Virus record (IMG/VR): IMGVR_UViG_3300020048_000009
Coordinates: 32,001 to 96,000 of that record
Strand: one strand, 5' to 3'
Source: a virus
Lineage: Duplodnaviria; Caudoviricetes
Length of the DNA stretch: 64,000 nucleotides
Shown here: positions 10,306 through 21,226 of the stretch, piece after piece
Layout of the letters: each line of letters begins with the position of its first letter
Position numbering within the stretch: position 1 is the stretch's first letter
Notes under the pieces: model-generated
Told to the model about the DNA's origin: nothing
The model's database searches: none
What the model saw: only the letters and a program-made list of their open reading frames with translations
Position numbers and translations under genes: made by a program

Positions 10306-11274
10306 ATGATAAATTTAAATATAATTATACAAATGATGGGTGATGACCTTAAGCTAGATTTTAAGCCTATAAGGGATAGCACTTCTAATGATTATGAACA
10401 ATTCCTATGTGATGAGATTCTAAAAAAAATCAAAGATTTTACCGAAGAATTAGTTAACGAGGCTTTATCATATGAAGAAGAAGAGGATACGTCATATAGT
10501 GTTGTACCAAATTCAACATTAAAAGGAATGCCTTCTGCTAATGCCGTAATAGATACGCCTATTAAAAATAGTTATAATAAAAATAATATTTTTACTACGG
10601 GTCTATTAAAAATAGCATATGTTTATACCTTTAAAGACAATAAAAATAATGTAATAAAAGATGGCGATAGGGATATTACCTATAATATGGATGATCCAGC
10701 TTTTGCTAGAGAATTTAAACAGGATAAGAAAATTCTAATTACCAGAGTCCAGGCTCATGATTATTTTACCAATCCTATAAAAATTTATAGTAAAATAGAT
10801 GTAATAGAAAATGTAAAAAACTTTTTATTAACTGGTAAAAATGATGAAGGTAACGTTTTTGCAAAAGAAGCGGTAGCTGATTTAGATTTTGATAATTCAA
10901 CATTTATTGAATTTTATGAAGAAGAAAATATATGGTGGAATAGAGATAAAGAAGAAATGGATAATTTCCTAGACCAATATAATAAACATAAAAAAATTAC
11001 AGGATTATATAATGATGGTATCTGTTATCTAAGAATACCTTTACTTTCAGATCCAAATATTTATGTTAATTTCTATTTTAACTATTTTGATTGTAATAAT
11101 AAGATAAAACATATTAAAGATACGACTGTTATATTAGTTAAATCCTTTAATAAAAGAGATGAAGATCCGTTATATTCCTTTGGTAAAAATTTAGTAAGTT
11201 TAGAATATTCTGAAAATTATGATTTTATCTTTAAAGATATAGAGTTAAAGAAATTCTTAAAATCTAATAAATAA
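10306..11274 (+). CDS. hypothetical acidic protein
   Basis: 322 aa ORF. Confidence 0.65.
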   Translation: MINLNIIIQMMGDDLKLDFKPIRDSTSNDYEQFLCDEILKKIKDFTEELVNEALSYEEEEDTSYSVVPNSTLKGMPSANAVIDTPIKNSYNKNNIFTTGLLKIAYVYTFKDNKNNVIKDGDRDITYNMDDPAFAREFKQDKKILITRVQAHDYFTNPIKIYSKIDVIENVKNFLLTGKNDEGNVFAKEAVADLDFDNSTFIEFYEEENIWWNRDKEEMDNFLDQYNKHKKITGLYNDGICYLRIPLLSDPNIYVNFYFNYFDCNNKIKHIKDTTVILVKSFNKRDEDPLYSFGKNLVSLEYSENYDFIFKDIELKKFLKSNK

Positions 11275-11304
11275 ATTTAATTAATAACTAAAGAAATTGA
11301 ATTT

Positions 11305-11901
11305 ATGGCAAATGCATCAGATGTTTATAACGATATTATAAATGAGGATACTCAACGAATTAATGAAAAAGGCCTATTACCTGCATTAGCATTAGCTGCA
11401 GGTATGGCATTTGCTAATCCAGCACAAGCTAAAAAAGTTATAGATGCACCCCAAGCAGCAGTATCTACTAATGTAAAAAATGTAGATAATAAAGTAAAAA
11501 AGGTTAATGATAGAATTGTTGAAATTTTAGCGAAAACTATATATACAGAAGCCCGGGGAGAATCGTATAAAGGTAAATTGGCAGTTGCTACTATTATTTG
11601 GAATAGAGCAAATAATAATACTTGGCGAAAACTTGGCTTGTCTGGGGTATGCTTACAGAAAAAGCAATTCTCCGGTTGGAATAACGGTGAACCAAGAATA
11701 AAAATCAATACCTATCTTGAACAAAAAGCTTGGAATGACAGTTTAGAATTAGCAAAATCAATGGTTGATAATACGTTTAGACCATTAGCTGCTTTAAAAG
11801 ATTCTACTTATTATTATAACCCTAAAAAAGCTACACCTTCTTGGGGTAAGAAGTTAAAAAATATAAAATTTGTTGGGAATCATAAATTCGGTAAATTATA
11901 A
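11305..11901 (+). CDS. cell wall hydrolase (SleB/CwlJ, Hydrolase_2 family)
   Basis: LAKTIYTEARGE...AVA..I.NR, QFS.WN, YYNP...PSW, GNHKF. Confidence 0.9.
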   Translation: MANASDVYNDIINEDTQRINEKGLLPALALAAGMAFANPAQAKKVIDAPQAAVSTNVKNVDNKVKKVNDRIVEILAKTIYTEARGESYKGKLAVATIIWNRANNNTWRKLGLSGVCLQKKQFSGWNNGEPRIKINTYLEQKAWNDSLELAKSMVDNTFRPLAALKDSTYYYNPKKATPSWGKKLKNIKFVGNHKFGKL

Positions 11902-12132
11902 TTAATATGGTTTGGGTTTAATTTGCCATTCCTGTATACCATTATTCTTTAACTTTTTATCAATACTTCTACTTATTGCTTCATTATTTTTATTTATAGC
12001 ATTAATTACTGAAGCATTATATTTATAGTTATAATCACCAGCATCTAATTCTTTTTTTCTTTTAGCTAAATACTCTTTGCTAAAAATAGAATTCTCTAAT
12101 ATCGTCTTAACATATGGATGAAATTTTATCAT
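11902..12132 (-). CDS. small hypothetical protein
   Basis: ORF with ILEN leader, abutting the hydrolase stop. Confidence 0.5.
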   Translation of the reverse strand: MIKFHPYVKTILENSIFSKEYLAKRKKELDAGDYNYKYNASVINAINKNNEAISRSIDKKLKNNGIQEWQIKPKPY

Positions 12133-12150
12133 ATTTTTATTTATTATTTT

Positions 12151-12165
12151 GATAAATAAATAAAA
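12151..12165 (+). promoter_or_regulatory. T4-like late promoter (G/A)ATAAATA (representative copy)
   Basis: recurs 15-60 nt upstream of structural-like genes and all six endonucleases (near 4110, 7349, 11269, 39790, 52196, 54388, 55501, 56866, 58880, 63698). Confidence 0.75.
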
Positions 12166-12179
12166 AAGAAATTAATGCT

Positions 12180-15100
12180 ATGGTTTATAATATATTAAAA
12201 AGATTTAATACTTTTCTTAAAAACAATGAAGTAATCTTAGAGGCTAATGAAAATTCGCCCAGAAATCAATTAATTAAACATTTATCTACAAATGTTTCAG
12301 ATGAAGCGGCAAAACAAGACATCGTAAAAAAGGTTGACTTATTCTTTGCTTTTAAAAAAGAAGGTAGATTGTCTGGTATAAAAGAAAAAGAAAAATTAGA
12401 TATTAACTGGTGGATTAAGAATAATAAAACATTTACTGATTTTAATCAATATTTTGATGAATTTTTCAACAATCCCGACAATGTTTCAGTTGATGAATAT
12501 TATTTAAAATATTTAAAGGGTAATAGATTATATAACTATGATTTAGTTCCTAAAAGAATAATAGATCATTTGAAAAATGGTGAAGATTTCGATGGACATC
12601 CTGCCGTAAATCCACATACAGCCGTTCCACATTTAACTAAAAAAGGATTTTCTATAGCATTTGAAAATCCTAGTTGGTTGGTGGTTGTTCCACATACTAA
12701 ATGGGCATCTATATTTTTTAGTAAAATGAATGAAGAACCAAGTTGGAGATATGCATCTTGGTGTACTGGTAAATACGACAAAGAAGATCATAATAATTAC
12801 TTTAACCGTACTAATTATACTCCTCATGGTTTTCAATATATTATCATAGATAAAGTTCGTAGAACTAAATATAATATTCAATTCTCTAATCATTCGTCTG
12901 GTAATAAACAAACAGAACAGAATAATACAATTAGTCAGGGTGAATATGATGTATTCCCAATCGAGCTCATTACTGCAATGTTTAATTTTGAAGATAAAAA
13001 TGAAGCTAAAAGTTTAAGAGCAGATAATATAGCAGATTTTTATAAAATATTAACACAAAAACGTTATAGTAAAATAGATGAACTTGCACAACTACCATTT
13101 ATTAAACAAATAGAAACAAGAAAGAGATTAAAAAATCTATTTGATACTGTTCCTATTAATGAACGGGATGATTTAAATACATATAGAACTACTATTACTG
13201 ATTTTATTAATAAAAATTTAAATACATTTTTTACTCTTGATGATGTAAAAATATATCTATCTGAAATGATTCCTGTATGGTCTGATACAAGACTTGATTA
13301 TACGTTTAAACTACATATACATATTTTGTCATTACAGGAATTTTTCATTGAGACAATAATACAAAAAATGGATAGTCTCAATGTAGAACAAAATCCAAAT
13401 GATAAATTAACATTATCTACTACTATTACAGACTATATTTTTAATGTTTTAAATAAACCTGAATTATTTGAAAGAGCAAAAAATAGTGCTATTTCTAAAG
13501 GGTTAATGCTACCTAAATCAAGTACTTTTGATGTGTTTGAACGCTTAACACCAGAACAAAAAACAGAGCACTTAATCAATAAATTTAAAAGATCTAAAGT
13601 ATTAGAGAAAGATGTTAATTTATATCCATATGAAGCTATATTAGCGTTTGTTAAATATTTAAATACTCTCGATTCTTTTTCTATATCTGAAATTGTTGAA
13701 AATAATGATGTAGTTGAAATACTTTTTAGAAAAACAATAAATTGTTCTAGTAAGTATAAAGCACATATTGAAAAAAATACAACAGAAATAGAAAATGATA
13801 ATGATATTTTAGAGTTAAACGCTAATAATACAGAAACGGAAGAAGAAATACAGTTATTTTTCCAAAAATGTTTATCTACTGATTTTAGTAATAGCAACGG
13901 TCAATATTCTACAGGTATTTTTAGAATTTTTAATGCTGAAAATAAACAATTATTTCTTAATAAATGTTTAGATAATGGTTTATCTTTTTACTCTAAAGAG
14001 ATTTTAAAAATATTATCTCCAAATACAATTAATACCATTTTATTATCAGCAACTAATTCTAAATATATATTAAACCCTTCATATTTAAAAAATGCTGAAT
14101 TTAATGATATACTATCTAATTATATTGATATGATTTTGGCAAAAGAAGATCTTTATTCTTTAGAGTTATATGTAAACGTTAATGCAATTTCACAAAAACA
14201 ATTACATACCCTTATTAAAAAACGTTTTGAACATGAAAGATATTCTATACCAATACCTATATATGGAGTATTATCACATGAAAATAAAAAAGCCTATGTG
14301 AAATTACTTATGGATAAATTGGTATCATATCCAAATGAAGATTATCCTGCTATTCATAGTCTTTGGACAGAATCTTTAATTGAAAATGTTTTTGATGAAG
14401 ATTTATTTAAATATTATATTGAAAAAGCTAAGATAAATCCTAATATTTTTAATGACCTTATTATAAAGAAAATGCCTGAGTCTTTAAGAAATGAATATCT
14501 AAAAATTAGAATAGATGGAAATGTAAAATTAAGAGATTTAGAAAATTCTTATGTAACAGACACGTTGATATTATATTATATCGAAAAAGCTACTAGAGAC
14601 GGTACAAAAATATCAGAAACAATATTCGTTAAAGCCAATGCTCTAAATCCAGAATTAACAAAAAACTATATATTAAGTAGAATAAATGCTGGATATACAT
14701 TAAGTTTAGTAGAACAAGATAATTGTTCTGTTGATGTTTTATACACATATTATAAAAAATGGATTGATGATAAAAAAATATTAGCTTTTTCTGAATTTAC
14801 TAAATTAAGCAACGATACACTTCGCCCACTAAAACATAGATATTTAAAAATGATGTTCCCGAACATTGATCCTATGTATTTTGCTGATGTGTCAGATGTT
14901 GTAAAAGAAGCAATTCTTAAAAAATATACAGATGCTAATTTAAATATTCCTAGAAACATTTTAGCAATAACGCCCGTTGCAATACGTGAGAAATTCCAAG
15001 ATGTAACATTTACTGCAATAAGTGATGAAGAATTTAATGGACTAGATATAAATTCTAAGAAAACATATATTACAAACTGTATTGAAAAGCATATATTAGT

Positions 15101-15311
15101 AACACCTCATCAATTATCTAAATTAAGTGCAGGTTTACAGAAGAAATATATAGAAAGTAATGCAGGTAGATTTGCATTAAGTAATAATCATTTCAATGTT
15201 TTAAGTGAAGAAAATAGATTGTTATATATACATACTTGGTTAGAAAAAGGTAAAAATTCTCTTATTACTCCCGGTCAATTATCATGGGCAAGAGCGCACG
15301 TAAATAAATAA
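12180..15311 (+). CDS. large helical protein, paralog of 15341..18118
   Basis: shared WLVV.PH..W.S.FF..M...ASWCT.K...GFQYIIIDKV..TKYNIQFSN domain. Confidence 0.8.
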   Translation: MVYNILKRFNTFLKNNEVILEANENSPRNQLIKHLSTNVSDEAAKQDIVKKVDLFFAFKKEGRLSGIKEKEKLDINWWIKNNKTFTDFNQYFDEFFNNPDNVSVDEYYLKYLKGNRLYNYDLVPKRIIDHLKNGEDFDGHPAVNPHTAVPHLTKKGFSIAFENPSWLVVVPHTKWASIFFSKMNEEPSWRYASWCTGKYDKEDHNNYFNRTNYTPHGFQYIIIDKVRRTKYNIQFSNHSSGNKQTEQNNTISQGEYDVFPIELITAMFNFEDKNEAKSLRADNIADFYKILTQKRYSKIDELAQLPFIKQIETRKRLKNLFDTVPINERDDLNTYRTTITDFINKNLNTFFTLDDVKIYLSEMIPVWSDTRLDYTFKLHIHILSLQEFFIETIIQKMDSLNVEQNPNDKLTLSTTITDYIFNVLNKPELFERAKNSAISKGLMLPKSSTFDVFERLTPEQKTEHLINKFKRSKVLEKDVNLYPYEAILAFVKYLNTLDSFSISEIVENNDVVEILFRKTINCSSKYKAHIEKNTTEIENDNDILELNANNTETEEEIQLFFQKCLSTDFSNSNGQYSTGIFRIFNAENKQLFLNKCLDNGLSFYSKEILKILSPNTINTILLSATNSKYILNPSYLKNAEFNDILSNYIDMILAKEDLYSLELYVNVNAISQKQLHTLIKKRFEHERYSIPIPIYGVLSHENKKAYVKLLMDKLVSYPNEDYPAIHSLWTESLIENVFDEDLFKYYIEKAKINPNIFNDLIIKKMPESLRNEYLKIRIDGNVKLRDLENSYVTDTLILYYIEKATRDGTKISETIFVKANALNPELTKNYILSRINAGYTLSLVEQDNCSVDVLYTYYKKWIDDKKILAFSEFTKLSNDTLRPLKHRYLKMMFPNIDPMYFADVSDVVKEAILKKYTDANLNIPRNILAITPVAIREKFQDVTFTAISDEEFNGLDINSKKTYITNCIEKHILVTPHQLSKLSAGLQKKYIESNAGRFALSNNHFNVLSEENRLLYIHTWLEKGKNSLITPGQLSWARAHVNK

Positions 15312-15340
15312 AAGTAATAAATAAAATAAAAATAAAAGTT

Positions 15341-18118
15341 ATGAAAAATAGATATAAAGAATTACAAAAAAAATTATTAAATGAAGATTGTTTAGAATTA
15401 ATTGTCGAAGCTAATATAGATAAAGATAGATTAGCTAAACATTTTCTAGAACATAATTATGATGGTGATCATTCTGAAGATAAAGTAAAAAGTTTTGTAG
15501 ATTGGTTTTGGTCATTTAAACCTACTAAACAAGCTGTAAACTTTAATATTTTAAATCCACAATATTGGATTAATTCTGGTTCAACTATAAAAGCATTGGT
15601 TCCAATACTTAATAAATATGATAATAACAGACAATATAGACTACCCGCTGTTCCAGTAGGACAAGAAAAAACAGAAGAAAAATTATTTGCACATTTTACA
15701 AAATTTGATGATTATAGTAAAGCTGATTGTAGATATTATGTAAATATATATCTAAATATGTTAGATAAAAAGATTTTAAAGCCTATTAATCCCTTAGATA
15801 TTAATTATTGGATCAAATCTAATATTGAATTTAATGATTTTTATAATTTCTTTTATCCTTATTATAAAAAAAGCTTAAAAACAACAATAAACGAATCTAT
15901 AACAGTAAGAGCCTTTTATGAAGAAGTATTAGATGCTGATGATGTTTACAATTATAATAATATTCCTCCATTTATTTTAGATAGATTATTAAAAAATCAA
16001 AATTTTGATGGCCAAGCTTGTGATAGAAATAATATAGTAACGGATAGAGGTTATTCTATCTTACATAACGATAATAATTGGTTAGTTGTATGTCCACATA
16101 ATGAATGGTCTTCTAGATTTTTTGGTAAAATGGTCCAATCATATGATGGTGACTGGGCTTCTTGGTGTACATGTAAATATTTAAGAAACATGTATTGGAG
16201 TTACGCTGAGTATGGTTTTCAATACATTATCATAGATAAAGTTAATAAAACTAAATATAATATTCAATTTTCCAATAGATCTGGTGGCAATAAACAAACC
16301 ATCGAAAATAGTTCTTTAAAAACAGGTGAATATGATAGATTCCCTGGAGAATTAATAAACAAGATGTTTATATTTGAAAATACCAATAATACAGATGCAG
16401 GCAAAAAAAATGCTAATATAAAAGATTTTGCAGAAACATTAGAATATAACAAGTATAAATATTTATATGAAATAACTATATTGAAAGATCTTATTAAATT
16501 TAAAATTGTTAGTAAGGTTTTAGAAGTAGATAATGATATTACGGCTCTTGATAAGCTAGATATAACGCCTGATGATCTAAAAAAATATATAGATTCAGCG
16601 GTTACAACTAGTATAAATATATTTAGAGATTCTGATTACGCTTCTTATAAAAATAATACAAAAGACTCAATTGTTAAAAATGTTATGGATAAGTATGATT
16701 CGAATTTATATATCTATCTACTTAATGCATTAATAACACAAATGAAGGCTCGTACGGATATTAAAGAAGGCGCTTTTTCTGCATATATGATAGATTATAT
16801 TATTGATACCTTAAACGATCAATCTACTCTTGATATATGTAGACAATTATATATAGAACGTGGATATAAAAATGCTCATAGATTAATTTATAGTAGTGAC
16901 ACATATGGTGGTGATAATACTGTATTAAGTAAAAATGAAAATGTTACAGATGAACAATTTGAAACATATACATTAAATACTATTAAAGACAATATTAAGA
17001 ATCTAAACGTTCAAAGTTTTGAAGCATATTCACCATCATTAAAAAACAAATTAATAGGGGTAATTGCTAATATAAGTGATATGTATAGAACCTCTACTTT
17101 AAACTTCATGCTTAAAGGTGAGCCGAATCTATTAACTTCTATAATAAATAGCTCAGAATTATATAAAAAACTATATGCAGATACTAATTTATTAACAATG
17201 GAAATGTTAATAAAAGAAGAAAATATAGAAAAATTATCTGATACCGATCAAAGAATAAGTATTATATTAAATTTAATCGTTTCTGCTTTTGTTGATAATA
17301 AAACTGGCGGCGGATATATAAGAGATGAATATTCAGAATTTATTAAAACAAATATGAATGCTAATTTTTTAAGAGTTTTAACAACCGATAAGTTTAATAA
17401 AATGTTGGATGTACTTTCTTTATTAAATAATGTAGATATTAATAGATATATTAAAATATTAGCTGAACCTATTATTGTTAAATATATAAATATGTGTATT
17501 CTTAAAAATAATCCAATTACATCAGAGGCTGAACAATATGTTACTTCAGAATTATTTGAATTATATATCAACTCTAAAATTAATAGTTTAGATAAAGATT
17601 CATCACAAGAACTTTCAGTATTATTATTCAATAAGTTTAAAGATACGAACACTGCAATATTAGAACAATATATTAAAGCTAAAATGTCTAAAAAATTAAA
17701 AGTTTCATCACATGAATTACAATTATGCGATAGACAGACACAACTAAAATATATAGAGTCTTTAATTGTTTCAGGTAGAACTATTGCTTTAGACTTGTTT
17801 GAGATGTGTCCTGTTGCATTACAACATTTATATGTTTTAAATACAGGATATAGAAATATTTCTGGTAATTATTATAATCTATGTAAGATTATAAAAAATC
17901 CAGATGGAACAGAAAAAGCAAATTTGAAATTATATCTATGGCGTGATTTTATTAATAATGATACACTACCTGTAGGATATTTACAGTTCACAACACCTGA
18001 ACTATTTGCTAAAGTTTCTGAATATTTTTATTCTAAAGATAGAAGTCAATCATTCATAGAGCATTTCAAGAAGCTCGAAGAGACTATGAAGAGTGGAATA
18101 GATATAGCTAATCAATAA
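15341..18118 (+). CDS. large helical protein, paralog of 12180..15311
   Basis: same domain; LLNED/IVEA leader. Confidence 0.8.
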   Translation: MKNRYKELQKKLLNEDCLELIVEANIDKDRLAKHFLEHNYDGDHSEDKVKSFVDWFWSFKPTKQAVNFNILNPQYWINSGSTIKALVPILNKYDNNRQYRLPAVPVGQEKTEEKLFAHFTKFDDYSKADCRYYVNIYLNMLDKKILKPINPLDINYWIKSNIEFNDFYNFFYPYYKKSLKTTINESITVRAFYEEVLDADDVYNYNNIPPFILDRLLKNQNFDGQACDRNNIVTDRGYSILHNDNNWLVVCPHNEWSSRFFGKMVQSYDGDWASWCTCKYLRNMYWSYAEYGFQYIIIDKVNKTKYNIQFSNRSGGNKQTIENSSLKTGEYDRFPGELINKMFIFENTNNTDAGKKNANIKDFAETLEYNKYKYLYEITILKDLIKFKIVSKVLEVDNDITALDKLDITPDDLKKYIDSAVTTSINIFRDSDYASYKNNTKDSIVKNVMDKYDSNLYIYLLNALITQMKARTDIKEGAFSAYMIDYIIDTLNDQSTLDICRQLYIERGYKNAHRLIYSSDTYGGDNTVLSKNENVTDEQFETYTLNTIKDNIKNLNVQSFEAYSPSLKNKLIGVIANISDMYRTSTLNFMLKGEPNLLTSIINSSELYKKLYADTNLLTMEMLIKEENIEKLSDTDQRISIILNLIVSAFVDNKTGGGYIRDEYSEFIKTNMNANFLRVLTTDKFNKMLDVLSLLNNVDINRYIKILAEPIIVKYINMCILKNNPITSEAEQYVTSELFELYINSKINSLDKDSSQELSVLLFNKFKDTNTAILEQYIKAKMSKKLKVSSHELQLCDRQTQLKYIESLIVSGRTIALDLFEMCPVALQHLYVLNTGYRNISGNYYNLCKIIKNPDGTEKANLKLYLWRDFINNDTLPVGYLQFTTPELFAKVSEYFYSKDRSQSFIEHFKKLEETMKSGIDIANQ

Positions 18119-18138
18119 GTATTAGTTATATCATATAA

Positions 18139-18178
18139 TTAAATCCTAATCTAAATTAAACATTAGATTAGGATTTAA
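18139..18178. terminator. 16-bp perfect hairpin between convergent genes
   Basis: TTAAATCCTAATCTAA / TTAGATTAGGATTTAA. Confidence 0.65.
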
Positions 18179-18922
18179 TGTTTTATATCCTGAAAAGGAT
18201 ACTTCAAACTCTCCATTAAAATATAATTCAAGTTGATTTAAATTAAAAATATTATCTTTATTATCTGTTATATTTTCAAGATTATCTAAATCCGCTAGAG
18301 TAATATCGTTGTTATAAACAAGTCTACCGCCCTGTATTAAATCATTATTTTTATATAAGTCTATAAATAAATTTGAACGATAGATTCGTATTGCTGCTAA
18401 TAAAATATTTAAACTTTTTATTTTTTTAAGATAATTTTTAAGGATGTATTGAGGTTTTATTGTTTCAGGGTCTATTAATTCATCCATATCAAGGCTAGAT
18501 GTATCAAATTTTGATAATTCTGGTAAATCTAATAATTCAACTAATCTAATTTGTATGGGTGGATTTAGGTGAAAGTTTATATCATCATTAATGTATAAAA
18601 TATTATCATTTATATAAAATTTAGAAAAATGTCCTCTATCTATTATTTTTTTAGGTGTACCATCAGTATCACGGAATTCTATTACATCATCAAAATTACC
18701 GTTATTTAATTTAGACATTATTACAATATCAGAACTTATATTAAATAAACGTGATCGTATATATTGATCTGTTCTATAAACTACATATGCATTATAATTA
18801 GTTTTATATGTTTCTAATAATTTCTTAAAATATTTAACTAATAGGTTAAAATTAGTATAACCCGCTTCATTTTCTTGGGCTTCAATCAATAATTTTGCTC
18901 TTAAATTTTCAAATCTTTTCAT
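18146..18922 (-). CDS. paralog array A member 6
   Basis: MKRFENLRAKLLIE leader; LDMDELI; YKTLNP C-terminus. Confidence 0.8.
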   Translation of the reverse strand: MKRFENLRAKLLIEAQENEAGYTNFNLLVKYFKKLLETYKTNYNAYVVYRTDQYIRSRLFNISSDIVIMSKLNNGNFDDVIEFRDTDGTPKKIIDRGHFSKFYINDNILYINDDINFHLNPPIQIRLVELLDLPELSKFDTSSLDMDELIDPETIKPQYILKNYLKKIKSLNILLAAIRIYRSNLFIDLYKNNDLIQGGRLVYNNDITLADLDNLENITDNKDNIFNLNQLELYFNGEFEVSFSGYKTLNPNLMFNLD

Positions 18923-19686
18923 TTTATGAATTCCTTGGGATCAATTATTTTATACTTTAAATACCATAAATGTGTAGTTCCTGCTGATAATAATAAAAAG
19001 TCTTTATCTAAAAATCTATATACCTTATAATTAATATCTCCTCCACTATATGATATTTCATGCGTTTCACGGTCAGTAGATACTCCAACAGAATTATCTT
19101 TAATAGTATCAAGTGCTGGAAATAACATGAATCCCGCGGTTAATGCAATCTCTACTTTTTCTGTTTCCATAATCATTTTAAAGAAATTATATAAATTATT
19201 TTTTAATGAAGGTTCTACGTCTAATAAATCATCTAATTTATTGTAATCAACACTTGGATAATTACTAAATTGCTGCATATCATGTATTTCAATTATTTGA
19301 ACCTTGATATTTACATTATATACGCCCCATTTAGTAGAAATTATTATTTCATTACCATTAATTTCAAAATTAATAAGTTCCTTTGCTTGAATCAAACGAT
19401 TATCAATTCTAATATAGTTAGAATTATTATCCACACCCCAAACTCTTCCCCAAGATGTACTACGAATTCTTGGTGTATTGGGATATAATAACAAATATGG
19501 TCCATCGGGTAAAGCATTAGTGGCTTGTTTATATAATAAACAATATTTATTACCATTATTATAAAGCCTATTAAACAACATAAAAAGAGTGTTAAATTTA
19601 TTTCTACGCTCATTAATAATAGTATATACATCAATATCATCATCTTCACATAATAATTTAGCTCTTAATTTTTTAAATCTATCCAT
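18919..19686 (-). CDS. paralog array A member 5
   Basis: MDRFKKLRAKLLCE; VDYNKLDDLL; KYKIIDPKEFIK. Confidence 0.8.
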   Translation of the reverse strand: MDRFKKLRAKLLCEDDDIDVYTIINERRNKFNTLFMLFNRLYNNGNKYCLLYKQATNALPDGPYLLLYPNTPRIRSTSWGRVWGVDNNSNYIRIDNRLIQAKELINFEINGNEIIISTKWGVYNVNIKVQIIEIHDMQQFSNYPSVDYNKLDDLLDVEPSLKNNLYNFFKMIMETEKVEIALTAGFMLFPALDTIKDNSVGVSTDRETHEISYSGGDINYKVYRFLDKDFLLLSAGTTHLWYLKYKIIDPKEFIK

Positions 19687-19690
19687 TTGA

Positions 19691-20470
19691 TTAATCCTTT
19701 ACCGATATATTTCTATATTTAAATACCCAAAAAATATGTTCATTAATATCTTTAGTCATTCTTAAAACATTAACACCAAGTCTTTTATATTCAGTGCTAA
19801 AAGAAGTTATATATTCTAAATCAAATTTTTCATCATAATAACTTGTACTATTATAACTTATATCAATATATGAGTTATGTGCTATTTGTCTTTCTCTAAT
19901 TAATACTTTTTCTAAAGGTACCAAACTTCCTCTATATAATGACATATATTTACTAGAAAGATCAGCCTTTAACGACTTTAACCATTCTGCATATTTTATA
20001 CCAACATTGTTAATAGCATTAATTTTTTCAGAAGATAATAATTCATCTAAATTATCATAGTCTATTGGATTAAAGATATATTTATCACAATCCAATGCTT
20101 CTATAAATTTAAGATATATTGAATATACTATATTATCTCTATCTGGTCTTATTCTAAATATAATAAAATTCTCTCTTATATCTTTACGCCAACTTACAAA
20201 GTCTTCTTTAAAATATTCTTGTGATAATTTTATTGATGAATCCGTATAAAAATAAAACTTTTTAATGTTCATATCATTACTATGTTTGCTATCAATATAT
20301 ATTTGTGGAGCTTTAAAATCATCATCAAGATCTTTAAGTACACATACAGAATTACTAATGCCTATCATTTTTTTAAAAAAATTTAAAAACGCATCAAAAT
20401 CATCAGACCATTCACCATCGTTAATATCTTCACATAGTAACTTTTCTCTTATTTTTTTAAAGCGTTCCAT
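19691..20470 (-). CDS. paralog array A member 4
   Basis: MERFKKIREKLLCE; IDYDNLDELL. Confidence 0.8.
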   Translation of the reverse strand: MERFKKIREKLLCEDINDGEWSDDFDAFLNFFKKMIGISNSVCVLKDLDDDFKAPQIYIDSKHSNDMNIKKFYFYTDSSIKLSQEYFKEDFVSWRKDIRENFIIFRIRPDRDNIVYSIYLKFIEALDCDKYIFNPIDYDNLDELLSSEKINAINNVGIKYAEWLKSLKADLSSKYMSLYRGSLVPLEKVLIRERQIAHNSYIDISYNSTSYYDEKFDLEYITSFSTEYKRLGVNVLRMTKDINEHIFWVFKYRNISVKD

Positions 20471-21226
20471 TAATAATATCCTTTGGATTAAGTGTTTTAT
20501 ATTTTATAAAATTTCTACTATTCATATTTCCTCTATACCTATTCAGAAATTTTACATTTGTAACCTCAACATCAAATTTCTTTATCATATCTACAATAAG
20601 TTCTCCATACGTTGCCCCTATATCCATATCTAAATTCTGAAGACCGGTATCCTCTACTATTGTTTTTATGTCATGTATTCCACCATACATAATCCCACTC
20701 TATTATAACCGTCTGATATTTTTGCAAGTGTATTAAAATATTTCTTTATATTTTCTACTTTATAATTTTCATTATATTCAAGTAACTCATCTAATTTATC
20801 ATAATCTATCTCAACTATTTTAAATGGTTCTATATCTACTAATTCTATTGGAACAAGATTAAATGTAGAAACACCTGTTGTATATTTAAGTATATTTTTT
20901 ACAATTAATGCTCTATCAGTTACTTCTACACTTTCAAACTGACTATCTGTCCATATTCTAGCAAAATCTGGCATACCTTCTTCATTAATAAAATAAAAAT
21001 TATCATAACCAAATTTATTTTTGTTCTCCTTATTAATATATAAAAATGCTTCATTTTTATTATTAACATTATATTTTATCATAGAAATATCGGGTCTTTT
21101 TATAAACTTATTAAATATTTCTATAAATTTATTAGAATCAGTAATAATATTAGGTTCTTTTCCTTCGTCTTCTTTTATAAAATTTTCATTTAATAAACGA
21201 CTTCTTAAAGTATCATATCTCTTCAT
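20457..21226 (-). pseudogene. paralog array A member 3, split by a single frameshift (ORFs 20666..21226 and 20457..20690)
   Basis: family leader and IDYDKLDELL in the first ORF; family C-terminus KYKTLNPKDI in the second; summed length matches family. Confidence 0.65.
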
